A stretch of 64,000 nucleotides of DNA, from assembly GCA_027487795.1 (NCBI GenBank), contig JAIYCX010000031.1, positions 215,291-279,290 of the forward strand, given 5' to 3'. The position numbers were made by a program, and so were the translations under genes. Positions 30,048 through 39,496 of this stretch are shown piece by piece. Position 1 is the stretch's first letter; each line of letters begins with the position of its first letter. This DNA is from Pseudomonadota bacterium. GTDB lineage: Bacteria; Bdellovibrionota_C; UBA2361; SZUA-149; DAOLCO01. The notes under the pieces were generated by a model, which was given only the letters and a program-made list of their open reading frames with translations, ran no database searches and was not told where the DNA came from.

Positions 30048-31466
30048 TTACGAAGAACTCGTAAATAAAGCATCGTGAACTATATTTAAGGCTCTAGGAA
30101 TTAAGGATTCTTCGATAACACAAGAGATACTCATCTGTGTAGTTGCCTGAGTAATCATTTCCACAGGTATAGAGCCTGCGGAAAGGGCTTTAAGCATATA
30201 AGATGCTGAAAATGTTTGTTTTTGAAGCCCTTCTCCAACCAAGGCTAAAATAGCCCTGCCTTCTCTAATCTCCACCTTGCCCAAAGTCTCTAATTTCCCT
30301 AATGCCATTTTCAACTTAAGTGGATCATTTACGGTACATGAAACCGTTATTTCTGAAGTTGAAACCAGATCTACAACCAAATCAAATTCATCCAATATAG
30401 AAAAAAGTTTCATTAAAAAACCTTTTGCATCATACATTCGATTAGAAGTAACACTTAGAACGGTTACGCCTGATTTTGCTGTTACTGCAGTTGGTTGCCC
30501 TAATTTAACATTGCTACTATCTTTTATTAAAGTTCCTAAATCATCAGGTTTTAGAGAATTCAATACTCTTATTGGAATCCCAACCGAAGTAACTTGCTCC
30601 ATTGTGTAAGGATGAATAACTTCAGATCCGAAAAATGTTAACTCAGCTGCTTCCACAGGAGAGAGAAAATCTAATACTTTTGCATTAGCAACTTTTCTTG
30701 GATCCGCAGTAAAAACCCCATCAACTTCTTTCCAAATTTGTAGTTCTTTTACACGACTAGATGAAAAACTTTTTGCAACTAAGGCTGCTGTTAGATCGCT
30801 GTACCCGCGCCCAATAACTTCTAAAATCCCATTAGGTAATCTACCAAAAAAACCAGTAACGACAGGAATTACATCCGTATAATTTTTATTATCAATTAAA
30901 TTACTTATTTTATTTTTAAATTCATTTGTACATCTTGAATAAAGCCTATCAACTTCTCGAAGTTCTATCGTATCTATTTCTTCTTCATTTAATACTTCAG
31001 ATAAATCACAAGAGATTGCATTAAGACCATTAATTTCCAAAATTCGAGAGATAACTAAAGAACTAAGTTTTTCTCCCAAAGAAATTATTTTATCTAGGCT
31101 CTTATTTGAAACCTCACCAATCTTAGCAATAGCAACAAGAAATTCCTTTAATGAATTTAACTCTACATCTATTATTTCTGTTATTTTAGAATCGTTACTA
31201 CCTATGACTTGATCTATCACATATAAATGCTGGTCCCTTAAGCTCGCTAATTCTTTCTCATAAGAAAGGCCCTCTACTGCATTCTTTGCAGCCCTAAGTA
31301 AAAGATTTGTAGACCCTTCAGCTTTACTTTTTCCGCTTATTGCAGAAACTACTAATATTAGTTGATATTTTTTTACTGCATGCTTAACGATAGAGATTAA
31401 AGAAAATACTCTATCTGGACTACCTAAACTGGTGCCCCCAAATTTTTGAACTAATATCGGTTTCAT
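30048..31466 (-). CDS. lysC: Aspartate kinase (monofunctional, two ACT domains), Hom3-like subfamily
   Basis: QKFGGTS, GRGYSD, WKEVDGVFTADPRKV, EAAELTFFGSEVIHP. Confidence 0.93.
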   Translation of the reverse strand: MKPILVQKFGGTSLGSPDRVFSLISIVKHAVKKYQLILVVSAISGKSKAEGSTNLLLRAAKNAVEGLSYEKELASLRDQHLYVIDQVIGSNDSKITEIIDVELNSLKEFLVAIAKIGEVSNKSLDKIISLGEKLSSLVISRILEINGLNAISCDLSEVLNEEEIDTIELREVDRLYSRCTNEFKNKISNLIDNKNYTDVIPVVTGFFGRLPNGILEVIGRGYSDLTAALVAKSFSSSRVKELQIWKEVDGVFTADPRKVANAKVLDFLSPVEAAELTFFGSEVIHPYTMEQVTSVGIPIRVLNSLKPDDLGTLIKDSSNVKLGQPTAVTAKSGVTVLSVTSNRMYDAKGFLMKLFSILDEFDLVVDLVSTSEITVSCTVNDPLKLKMALGKLETLGKVEIREGRAILALVGEGLQKQTFSASYMLKALSAGSIPVEMITQATTQMSISCVIEESLIPRALNIVHDALFTSSS

Positions 31467-31507
31467 GAGATCTAAAGTATCAAATATTAAAATAAAGCTC
31501 CAGTTCC

Positions 31508-31963
31508 ATGACGATACAAGAACAAGAAAAATATATGCTAATTGCCCTTGGGGAGGCTAAAATTGCTGCTAGCAAGGGCGAAGTCCCAGTAGGAGCACTT
31601 ATTGTCTGCGGATCAGAGATTATTTCAAAAGCTCATAACCTAGTGGAGAGCGATAACAATATCACTGCACACGCAGAAATATTAGCTATCACTAGAGCAG
31701 AAAAAGTCTTAAATAATTGGAGACTTAACGAAGCCATTTTATTTACCACCTTGGAGCCTTGTCCTATGTGCTGTAGTGCCATAATACTTAGTCGTGTCAA
31801 AACTGTTGTATTTGGTACCAGCGATAAAAGGCTTGGCTCCTGTGGCTCAGTGTTTGATCTATCACAGCACCCTCTTATGCCAAGTAATCCACAAATAATT
31901 GGTGGGGTATTAGAAAAAGAATGTTCTAGTATCTTAAGCGACTTTTTTTCAAAAATAAGATAA
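31508..31963 (+). CDS. tadA: tRNA adenosine(34) deaminase
   Basis: GEVPVGA, AHAE, TLEPCPMC, C-terminal LSDFF. Confidence 0.93.
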   Translation: MTIQEQEKYMLIALGEAKIAASKGEVPVGALIVCGSEIISKAHNLVESDNNITAHAEILAITRAEKVLNNWRLNEAILFTTLEPCPMCCSAIILSRVKTVVFGTSDKRLGSCGSVFDLSQHPLMPSNPQIIGGVLEKECSSILSDFFSKIR

Positions 31964-31990
31964 AACTAATTTAAAAATCGGAAACTAATT

Positions 31991-33025
31991 ATGCCTAAAA
32001 TTATTCACGAACAAGGAATAGCTGCTATCGATCTAGCAAAAGAGCTTAAGCTAGAAATACTAGGCTCTAAAACCTGCACCGCAAAAACTGTAGAAGCTAT
32101 AGAAGATGCAAAACCTTATTGCTTAACTTTTTTCAAAGGTAAATCTGAATTACTACTTGAATCACTTACTCAATCTCTAAATAATGTTGTAATAATAATT
32201 CCAGAAAAACTTAAAAATTCTCCCCTCCCTAAGGATTCAGCATACATACTTTCAAATGATCCTTTCAAAAGTTTCTTAAATCTTATTCCAAAATTCTTTG
32301 AAAGTGACGTATCAGAATATCAGATTCATCCAACTTCAGTTATTCATCCTAGTGCTATCATTAAACAAGGGGCACAAGTTGGACCATTCTGCTCTATCGC
32401 AAAAGATGTAGTAATAGGAGAAAATTGTATCATTCATTCAAATGTTACAATTTATCCAAGAGTGAACGTTGGTAAAAATTCAATAATTCATAGCGGTGCA
32501 AGCATCAGAGAGGATGTTATCATTTCTGAAGAATGTATTATACAAAACGGTGCCGTTATTGGCGGAGACGGGTTTGGTTATATTCCAGATAGTCAAAAAG
32601 GTCTTATAAGTGTTCCTCAAATAGGAAATGTTGTTTTAGAAAAAAATGTGGACGTTGGAGCAAATACTTGTATCGATAGGGCAACACTTGGTAGTACTAA
32701 AATCGGCTCAGGAAGTAAGGTAGATAACCTAGTTCAAATTGGACATAATACCCAAGTGGGCTCGTTCTCGATAATATGCGGACAGGCCGCAATAGCAGGT
32801 AGTTCAAAAATAGGAAATCAAGTTATCTTAGGTGGAAACGTAGGTGTCGCAGATCATACAGAAATCGCAGATGGTGCAAGATTTGCGGCTTTTTCTGGTT
32901 TGCATGGACACTATGAAAAGGGGGATTACGCCGGAAACCCTGCCTTACCAGCTTCAACTTATAGAAGAGTAGTAGCTAGCTTAACAAAGTTACCAGACTT
33001 AATAAAAAAGGTTAGAGGGATGTAA
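31991..33025 (+). CDS. lpxD: UDP-3-O-acyl-glucosamine N-acyltransferase
   Basis: Hexapeptide repeats, [29 protein letters not shown]. Confidence 0.96.
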   Translation: MPKIIHEQGIAAIDLAKELKLEILGSKTCTAKTVEAIEDAKPYCLTFFKGKSELLLESLTQSLNNVVIIIPEKLKNSPLPKDSAYILSNDPFKSFLNLIPKFFESDVSEYQIHPTSVIHPSAIIKQGAQVGPFCSIAKDVVIGENCIIHSNVTIYPRVNVGKNSIIHSGASIREDVIISEECIIQNGAVIGGDGFGYIPDSQKGLISVPQIGNVVLEKNVDVGANTCIDRATLGSTKIGSGSKVDNLVQIGHNTQVGSFSIICGQAAIAGSSKIGNQVILGGNVGVADHTEIADGARFAAFSGLHGHYEKGDYAGNPALPASTYRRVVASLTKLPDLIKKVRGM

Positions 33026-33360
33026 GTTTCAATATATAAGGATAACTAAATTGTAGCGTTAGATAAGATACTTCCAAAAACGTTCCATACCAAAACATGT
33101 CCTAAATCAAACATTCTCTTCTCACCCCAACTTAGCAAATCACACTAATAATATTTATTTTACCATAAGAATATAGGTTAAATATAGTTTTATTATATAA
33201 ATAATACGGCCTGTTTAATAGTTCTTTAAATTCAGTGAAGCATATTAACATGCATTCACTTTCATATGGGGAAGTTGGTGATAATTTGTTTTTAGCTTTT
33301 ACAAGCTAATGGTTTTACTTTTTTTAGCAACAAATTTTTCAAAAGCTTTCAAAATATGAG

Positions 33361-33438
33361 TTGCTCTCTGTGAAGAATACTAGAGAGAGCAACTCATATC
33401 TCGTACCCAAAATCACTTGTAGTGATCTTGGGTACGAG
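33361..33438. repeat. Two tandem inverted repeats (hairpins)
   Basis: TTGCTCTCT/AGAGAGCAA (33361-33392) and CTCGTACCCAA-AATCACT/AGTGATC-TTGGGTACGAG (33400-33438). Confidence 0.75.
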
Positions 33439-33468
33439 GTTTCAAACGCTGCAAAAAAGGAAAGTATA

Positions 33469-33981
33469 ATGGTCTCAAAAAATGAATCAGTTGAATGTAT
33501 GGTGTGCAAAGTTAGCTGTCAAAAAGATACCGCGAAGACTTTGTTTTTAGGAAAACTATTCTGTCCGAAGTGCTACAGTGATACCAACCAGGCCTTGGAA
33601 AAACTTATTTCGACGTGGGACATTCTAACAATTAACACTATCAAAATAAAAACTTGGTATTATAATTCGGATAAGTTTGGATTGTATTTTGGGGATTACT
33701 CAGTAAACATTCCGTCATCATGGTTTGCAGTAAAGACCACGCATTTTCAATATCGTATCCGAGAGTGGAAGTTTGACGACATAGATGGGGTGTTGGTTAT
33801 GGATCAAAGGACCAGCACTGGATCTATTGTCTTCAAGAGTGATGATCTAGCTAAGAAGTTTTTAGGCCTCAAAGGTTTGGATTACTTGCGTGTTCAAAAT
33901 TCTGAAAACCCAATTTGTTTTCCCTTTATTAATTTTAAAAGCACCGTGGCAAGTATAGATTTTGAACCTCTTACAAGTTAG
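33469..33981 (+). CDS. Hypothetical protein with N-terminal CxxC...CxxC zinc finger
   Basis: ATG 33469 has AAGGA upstream, so preferred over TTG 33361, which runs through hairpins; CMVC...CPKC. Confidence 0.6.
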   Translation: MVSKNESVECMVCKVSCQKDTAKTLFLGKLFCPKCYSDTNQALEKLISTWDILTINTIKIKTWYYNSDKFGLYFGDYSVNIPSSWFAVKTTHFQYRIREWKFDDIDGVLVMDQRTSTGSIVFKSDDLAKKFLGLKGLDYLRVQNSENPICFPFINFKSTVASIDFEPLTS

Positions 33982-34129
33982 CCTATTTTTTTTGACTAAG
34001 GTGCCAGATCTGACTTTAGCTAAGTCTACGGAGTTAGCTAATTTGTGCAAAGCGTTATGATTTATCATCAACTCTTCGCTTTTTAAATAATTTTCAGCAA
34101 CAACTTTAAATTAGGCCCCCTGCCTTTTT

Positions 34130-35383
34130 TTAAACTACCCATTTTCCTTTTTCTATTAAAGAAAAAACTTTTCCATCAAAAGTAGTAGCAACAACATCTA
34201 CATGCTCCGATGAAATCATCATATCAGTATGAACACTGCTTTCGTTACAACCAATTTCTTTTAATTGATCTTTATTCATGCTGCCACCACCTTCTACACA
34301 GAACTTATAAGCAGAACCTATCGCAATATGACATGCAGCATTTTCATCTAACAGTATTTCTTCAAAAATTATTCCCGACTTATAAATAGGCGAATCAATC
34401 CCCACTAAAGCAAGCTCTCCTAATCTTTTAGCTCCATCATCACTTGAAATGTACTCTCTAAATGTATCCTCTCCTTGCTCTGCTGAAAATTGTTTTATAA
34501 CTCCATTTTCAAACTCAAGTCTTAAATCTTTTATTAAAGTTCCATTAACTAAAAACGGCCTAGTTGTTCTCACATGACCTCTAGTCTTTCTAGCATCTGG
34601 GGTAGTAAATACTTCTTCCGTAGGAACATTTGGTTCAAAAGGAACTTCCCTAGGACTAATATCGCTACCGCCTTTAAATTTAGAATGTCGTGTTAGAAAT
34701 ACTTCTAAATCTGTTTCAGGTCCTGTAAATTTTACGGATTCTATTTTTAGGGAATTAAGCATTAATGCTCTCTGATGTAAGCTTTCATCATGTTTTTTCC
34801 ATCTGTCTAGATAATCTTCAGTATCGACTCTACAGATTTTAAATAAGTGATCCCACAATTTAATACATCCCTCGCTAGGCTCCAGATTTGGAAATAGTTT
34901 TTTTGCCCAACCTTCTGTTGCAGCAGCAGCTACGGTCCAATGAACCTTAGACTTACCAATACCTTCGTCATAAAAATATTTAATTGCAAGATGTTGGCTT
35001 AATCTAACTTTATTTATTCGCTTAGGATCTAAATCAGCTAGTATTTCTGGATATTCACTGCCGATGATTTTTAAATTGGCAGATGTCTCATCAACCATGC
35101 TTGTATATTTATTAGTAATAAAACTTGGAACAAAAGATAAATCTTCATCTTTTGAATTTAATAATCTACTTTTTAAAACACGAGGATCAACTAAATCCAC
35201 ATTTACAAATTTTGCTCCTGCGTTATAGGCAGCGTCGACAATCTCTAATACAAAATCTTCATGCGTAGTTTCTGCAGATATATTTACGACCTGTCCCTCC
35301 ACTACATTTAAACCAAATCTTATTAAAAGATCTGCATATCTTCTTCTATAAATTTTAAATTGTTCTTTATCCAAAACTTTCAC
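34130..35383 (-). CDS. Aminopeptidase II / PepS (peptidase M29)
   Basis: NVPTEEVFTTP, LGELALV, LLDENAACHIAIGSAY, NESSVHTD. Confidence 0.95.
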   Translation of the reverse strand: MKVLDKEQFKIYRRRYADLLIRFGLNVVEGQVVNISAETTHEDFVLEIVDAAYNAGAKFVNVDLVDPRVLKSRLLNSKDEDLSFVPSFITNKYTSMVDETSANLKIIGSEYPEILADLDPKRINKVRLSQHLAIKYFYDEGIGKSKVHWTVAAAATEGWAKKLFPNLEPSEGCIKLWDHLFKICRVDTEDYLDRWKKHDESLHQRALMLNSLKIESVKFTGPETDLEVFLTRHSKFKGGSDISPREVPFEPNVPTEEVFTTPDARKTRGHVRTTRPFLVNGTLIKDLRLEFENGVIKQFSAEQGEDTFREYISSDDGAKRLGELALVGIDSPIYKSGIIFEEILLDENAACHIAIGSAYKFCVEGGGSMNKDQLKEIGCNESSVHTDMMISSEHVDVVATTFDGKVFSLIEKGKWVV

Positions 35384-35557
35384 CTAAATTAACCTGAATT
35401 AAGTTTACTACTGCATTACAGCATAAGACGCATTTTATTATTATTTTTTTCAAAAAAACAATAACCGCAGTAATTGAGTAAAATTAAGAACTTAAAACCA
35501 CTACTTTACTACTAGGAATCTCCGATATAGTATCAGCAAACAAATATTTTAACTCAT

Positions 35558-36274
35558 ATGACCCTAGAAATACTTACCTACTCCAATCTACTAGCTCTAA
35601 TTACCTTAACTCTTCTTGAAATAGTTCTGGGATTAGATAATCTAATTTTTATTAGCATTTTAGTAGAGAAACTTGAGCATTCTAAACAAGCACTAGCTAG
35701 AACTATTGGAATATCCCTAGCACTAATTACTAGAATTATTTTACTCTTAAGCATTTCATGGATAATGAAATTAACCGAGCCAGTACTGAGCATAGGTGAG
35801 TTCTCATTTTCAGGTAGAGATTTAATCCTACTAATCGGCGGTTTATTCTTAATAGGTAAGGCCACTCATGAAATACATGAAAAAATTGATCATAAAGAAA
35901 CTATTACTACTGATAGAAAAAAAAGAGCCTCTTTTTTCCCTATCGTAATTCAAATTGCACTCTTAGATATAGTTTTTTCACTAGATTCAGTAATAACTGC
36001 AGTTGGCATGGTGGATAATATTACAATAATGATTACAGCAATAGTAATTTCCATGATCATTATGCTCCTGAGTGCAAGAAGCATTTCTGATTTTATCAAT
36101 AAGCACCCTACATTTAAGATATTAGCTCTTTCATTTTTAATACTAATTGGCGTTGTCTTAGTTTCAGAAAGTTTAGGACAGCATATTAGTAAATCGACTA
36201 TTTACTTCTCTATAGGCTTTTCAATGTTCGTTGAATTTATAAATATGAAAATAAAAGAAAAAGAAGTGCAGTAA
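35558..36274 (+). CDS. TerC-family membrane protein (YgdQ type)
   Basis: LEIVLGLDNLIFI, GGLFLIGKATHEIH, DIVFSLDSVITAVGM. Confidence 0.93.
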   Translation: MTLEILTYSNLLALITLTLLEIVLGLDNLIFISILVEKLEHSKQALARTIGISLALITRIILLLSISWIMKLTEPVLSIGEFSFSGRDLILLIGGLFLIGKATHEIHEKIDHKETITTDRKKRASFFPIVIQIALLDIVFSLDSVITAVGMVDNITIMITAIVISMIIMLLSARSISDFINKHPTFKILALSFLILIGVVLVSESLGQHISKSTIYFSIGFSMFVEFINMKIKEKEVQ

Positions 36275-36276
36275 CA

Positions 36277-36846
36277 ATGTTTTCAAGTACAGATATAAAA
36301 CAAGCTCTAGATTCTGGAGAACTAAAAGTATCACCACTTTTTATCGGAGCAGTGCGTCCTGGTGGTATCAGACTTCACCTTGGAGAAACTATAATAAAAC
36401 CTAAGCCAGGTATAATTGTTGATATTAAGCACAATATCTTGCCCGAATACGAAACCTTCACAATAGATGAAGAAAAAGGTTACGATCTTTTACCAGGTGA
36501 ATTTGTATTAAGCGCAACATATGAAAAAGTAACAGTAGGAAATAGTTTAGGCTTCTTAATAGAAGGAAGAAGTACACTAGCGAGGTTAGGTTTAACAATA
36601 GTACAAACTGCTATGCTCGTGTACCCAGGTCATACTGATCGAGCAATAACGCTAGAATTAGCGAACCATGGCCCTAATACTATTAGACTATACCCTCTTA
36701 TGAAAATAGCCCGAGCTGCTATTTTTGAAATGAAATCTCCTGCTGAGGAAGCCTATGATGTAAAAGGAAAATACAAGAAACAGACAGATGTTGGCCCCCC
36801 TATTTTCGAGGGTGAGATCATGAGCAAAGATAACATCGTCAAATAA
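36277..36846 (+). CDS. dcd: dCTP deaminase
   Basis: L.PGEFVL..T.E, EGRSTLARLGL, ITLELAN, YDVKGKY. Confidence 0.85.
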   Translation: MFSSTDIKQALDSGELKVSPLFIGAVRPGGIRLHLGETIIKPKPGIIVDIKHNILPEYETFTIDEEKGYDLLPGEFVLSATYEKVTVGNSLGFLIEGRSTLARLGLTIVQTAMLVYPGHTDRAITLELANHGPNTIRLYPLMKIARAAIFEMKSPAEEAYDVKGKYKKQTDVGPPIFEGEIMSKDNIVK

Positions 36847-36849
36847 AAT

Positions 36850-37623
36850 TTAAAAACTAAAAGTATAGTTTTTATCGCTGTTTTTTTTAGAAGAATTTCT
36901 AATCAGCTCTTTCATTTTGTTATTAGAAATACTTACAGCTTCGACCATATCCCTACCTAATGCTAAATTACTAGCTATTAAGGAAGACAATACACAACCT
37001 GTACCTCTAATATCAGAGTCTAAAGTAATCCTATTATTTTTAAACTGATAAATTTCATTTTTATAATATAAAATATCCGTGACCTCTGATATGTCTCCAT
37101 TTAAATGCCCTCCCTTAACTAAAACGGCTTTTACTAAATATTTTTCTGAAATTAATTTAGCTGCTTTAATTTGATCATCAGTATTTAATATTTGATAACC
37201 AGAGAGGATTTCTGCTTCAGATGAGTTAGGAGTAAGAATACTAGAAACCATGCTTATCTCTTTTAAAGCTTCAGGACTTATAAATTCATACCCACTAGAA
37301 CTTTTTAAAATTGGATCAAGTACTACATTCTCTATATTATTATTTTTGATAAACTTAGAGATTATCTTTAAATGAGACTCCGAAATTACACCTATCTTTA
37401 GTGCGGAAAATGAATAGTTTTGAACAAGTTCTTGTAACTGCTCTAGAATGAACGCATCTGGCACATTATAAGTACCCCTTACCCCATTTGCAGATTGAGC
37501 AGTAAGAACTGAGGCGATTGCCATTCCACGACAGCCCATTATTTCAAAAACTTTAAGATCAGAAAATATTCCAGCACTAGCACTTGGATCAAGGCCTGCT
37601 ATTGATAAGCATACTCTTTTCAT
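36850..37623 (-). CDS. thiD: Hydroxymethylpyrimidine/phosphomethylpyrimidine kinase
   Basis: SIAGLDPSASAG, VLDP, TPNSSEA, KGGH, GTGC. Confidence 0.92.
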   Translation of the reverse strand: MKRVCLSIAGLDPSASAGIFSDLKVFEIMGCRGMAIASVLTAQSANGVRGTYNVPDAFILEQLQELVQNYSFSALKIGVISESHLKIISKFIKNNNIENVVLDPILKSSSGYEFISPEALKEISMVSSILTPNSSEAEILSGYQILNTDDQIKAAKLISEKYLVKAVLVKGGHLNGDISEVTDILYYKNEIYQFKNNRITLDSDIRGTGCVLSSLIASNLALGRDMVEAVSISNNKMKELIRNSSKKNSDKNYTFSF

Positions 37624-37668
37624 GATTAAACATATAAATATTTTTTCATATTAGTCCATATAAGCAAA

Positions 37669-38706
37669 ATGAATTCAAGTTCCGACGTAAATGTTAACTC
37701 TTACGAGTTGTTACCAACCCCTAGAGAAGTAAAAAATAAGATACCTCTCACTCCTGCCCATGAAAATCTTATTTTAGGATTTAGGAAGCAATTTGAAGAT
37801 ATTCTAGATTTCAAAGATCCAAGACTAGTAGTTGTTGTCGGACCTTGCTCCATACATGACGTTGAAGCTGGACTTGAATATGCAAACGCACTAAAAAAAG
37901 TAGCTGACGAAGTTAAAGATGAGATCTTAGTAGTAATGAGAGTTTACTTCACTAAGCCAAGAACAACTACTGGCTGGAAAGGCTTAATTAACGATCCTCA
38001 TCTTAATGATTCATTTTCTATAAATAATGGTCTGTTTATCGCCAGAAAATTTTTAGTAGATATTACTGAGATAGGACTTCCCTCTGCTACTGAAGCATTA
38101 GATGCGATTGTACCACAATACATGGATGATTTAATTTCCTGGAATGCGATTGGCGCAAGAACCACAGAGTCACAAACACATAGAGAAATGGCCAGTGGTC
38201 TGTCATCACCTGTTGGATTTAAAAATGGCACTGATGGTAGTATCCAAGTAGCTATCAATGCAATTGAAGCTGCCTCTAAGTCACATCATTTTCTTGGAAT
38301 AGATACAGACGGGCGCTGTGCAGTACTAAATACAAAAGGTAATCCCTACACTCACTTAGTTTTAAGAGGTGGAATAACTCCTAATTACGATAAGAAATCG
38401 ATAGAAGCAGTAAAGCTATCTTTAGAAGCACATAAATTACCAAAAAGAATAATGGTAGATTGTAGCCATGGAAATTCTTTAAAAGACTTCACTAAACAAG
38501 AAATTGTTTTCAAGGACTGTATTAATCAAAGAATAAATGGATCTCCTGAGATTTTTGGATTAATGCTTGAAAGTAACATAAATGAAGGCAAACAAAATCC
38601 AAATAGTACCCCACTAAAGTACGGGGTCTCAATAACGGATGCATGTCTAAATATTGAAAAAACTGTGGAACTACTTAGGTTTGCACGAGATTCATTAAAA
38701 AAATAA
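37669..38706 (+). CDS. DAHP synthase class I-alpha (AroF/G/H type)
   Basis: GPCSIHD, KPRTTTGWKG, IGARTTESQTHR, DCSHGNS, YGVSITDAC. Confidence 0.96.
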   Translation: MNSSSDVNVNSYELLPTPREVKNKIPLTPAHENLILGFRKQFEDILDFKDPRLVVVVGPCSIHDVEAGLEYANALKKVADEVKDEILVVMRVYFTKPRTTTGWKGLINDPHLNDSFSINNGLFIARKFLVDITEIGLPSATEALDAIVPQYMDDLISWNAIGARTTESQTHREMASGLSSPVGFKNGTDGSIQVAINAIEAASKSHHFLGIDTDGRCAVLNTKGNPYTHLVLRGGITPNYDKKSIEAVKLSLEAHKLPKRIMVDCSHGNSLKDFTKQEIVFKDCINQRINGSPEIFGLMLESNINEGKQNPNSTPLKYGVSITDACLNIEKTVELLRFARDSLKK

Positions 38707-38725
38707 TCATTTTGCAAACTTAATC

Positions 38726-38753
38726 TAAAGAAAAAACACTTAAGATCCGATTA
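38726..38753 (+). promoter_or_regulatory. Sigma28-like promoter
   Basis: TAAAG-N15-TCCGATTA upstream of the receiver-like gene. Confidence 0.55.
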
Positions 38754-38827
38754 AGTCCTTAGGGAATGGCGCACGGATAGAGCGCATAGGGGCGGGGGCG
38801 GAAACCCTAACAAAAGAAGGATCTTAA

Positions 38828-39250
38828 GTGATGAAAGAAGCCAAAAATACCACTAAAATTTTAATTATTGATAACGATCAAACAAGCTTCCAAGTTCAAG
38901 AGTGCGTAGCTAAAGCCCTAGGAACTTTAAAAAACATAGAACTTATTCATGCTGCAGATGTTACAGAAGCACTAAGCATGATAGATAAACAAATACCAGA
39001 TGCAATTTTATGCTCAGATGAAGACCACGGAGAAAAGTCATTATTATTAGATGCAGTAGGAAGATCACATCCACCGATACTATTTCAAACAGCTGATAAA
39101 AATCACTTTAAGAAAAAACAATCTCTTGAACAAGATATTATGTACGTACCTCAATATGAAACACTTGAGGGCATACACCAATTACTAACCCTAGCAGCTG
39201 CAATGGGAGAGAAGCATATGGGAATTAGAACAACACGAGCGATACATTAG
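38828..39250 (+). CDS. Stand-alone atypical (pseudo) receiver-domain protein
   Basis: KILIIDND...EAL...PDAILCSD receiver fold; phospho-Asp shifted or absent and conserved Lys absent. Confidence 0.65.
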   Translation: MMKEAKNTTKILIIDNDQTSFQVQECVAKALGTLKNIELIHAADVTEALSMIDKQIPDAILCSDEDHGEKSLLLDAVGRSHPPILFQTADKNHFKKKQSLEQDIMYVPQYETLEGIHQLLTLAAAMGEKHMGIRTTRAIH

Positions 39251-39274
39251 AAAATAAAAAAGTACTTCTAAAAA

Positions 39275-39496
39275 CTACTGTTCACTAGGTTCATTAAAAA
39301 GTCCCTGAAATTCACCTTCTATTTCTTTAAGTTGAATTTTAGTGACTTTTAATATTTCTTTACAAACCTTTACAGCTTCACTAGCTTGCTTCATCTTTGG
39401 AACTAACTCATCAACTGAAACCTTACCATCCTGAAGTTCCTTAGATAAGGTTTCAAGTATTTTAAAATTATCTTCAAATCCCTTAGCTTTCATCAT
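39275..39496 (-). CDS. xseB: Exodeoxyribonuclease VII small subunit
   Basis: FE...LE....LQ.G...DEL...C...L pattern; ATG 39496 has SD AAGGAG; overlaps the xseA end. Confidence 0.85.
   Translation of the reverse strand: MMKAKGFEDNFKILETLSKELQDGKVSVDELVPKMKQASEAVKVCKEILKVTKIQLKEIEGEFQGLFNEPSEQ

Noticed and set aside
31508-31963. Link between tadA (tRNA deaminase) and the Tad pilus
   Set aside because: Name coincidence only; the proteins are unrelated.
33361-33468. TTG-initiated N-terminal extension of the zinc-finger ORF
   Set aside because: It runs through two strong hairpins; ATG 33469 has a better SD.
35501-35528. Sigma28 promoter before the YgdQ-type terC (TCCGATAT)
   Set aside because: The -10 looks good but there is no TAAA-like -35 at the right spacing.
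35384-35557. yybP-ykoY (Mn) riboswitch before either TerC gene
   Set aside because: No matching core here, and the Alx-type gene has only 24 nt upstream.
37624-37668. TPP riboswitch for thiD (and lysine riboswitch for lysC at 31467-31507)
   Set aside because: Intergenic gaps of about 40-45 nt are too short and lack consensus.
38767-38783. Sigma54 promoter at TGGCGC...
   Set aside because: The GG-N10-GC spacing is not met (GA at the -12 position).
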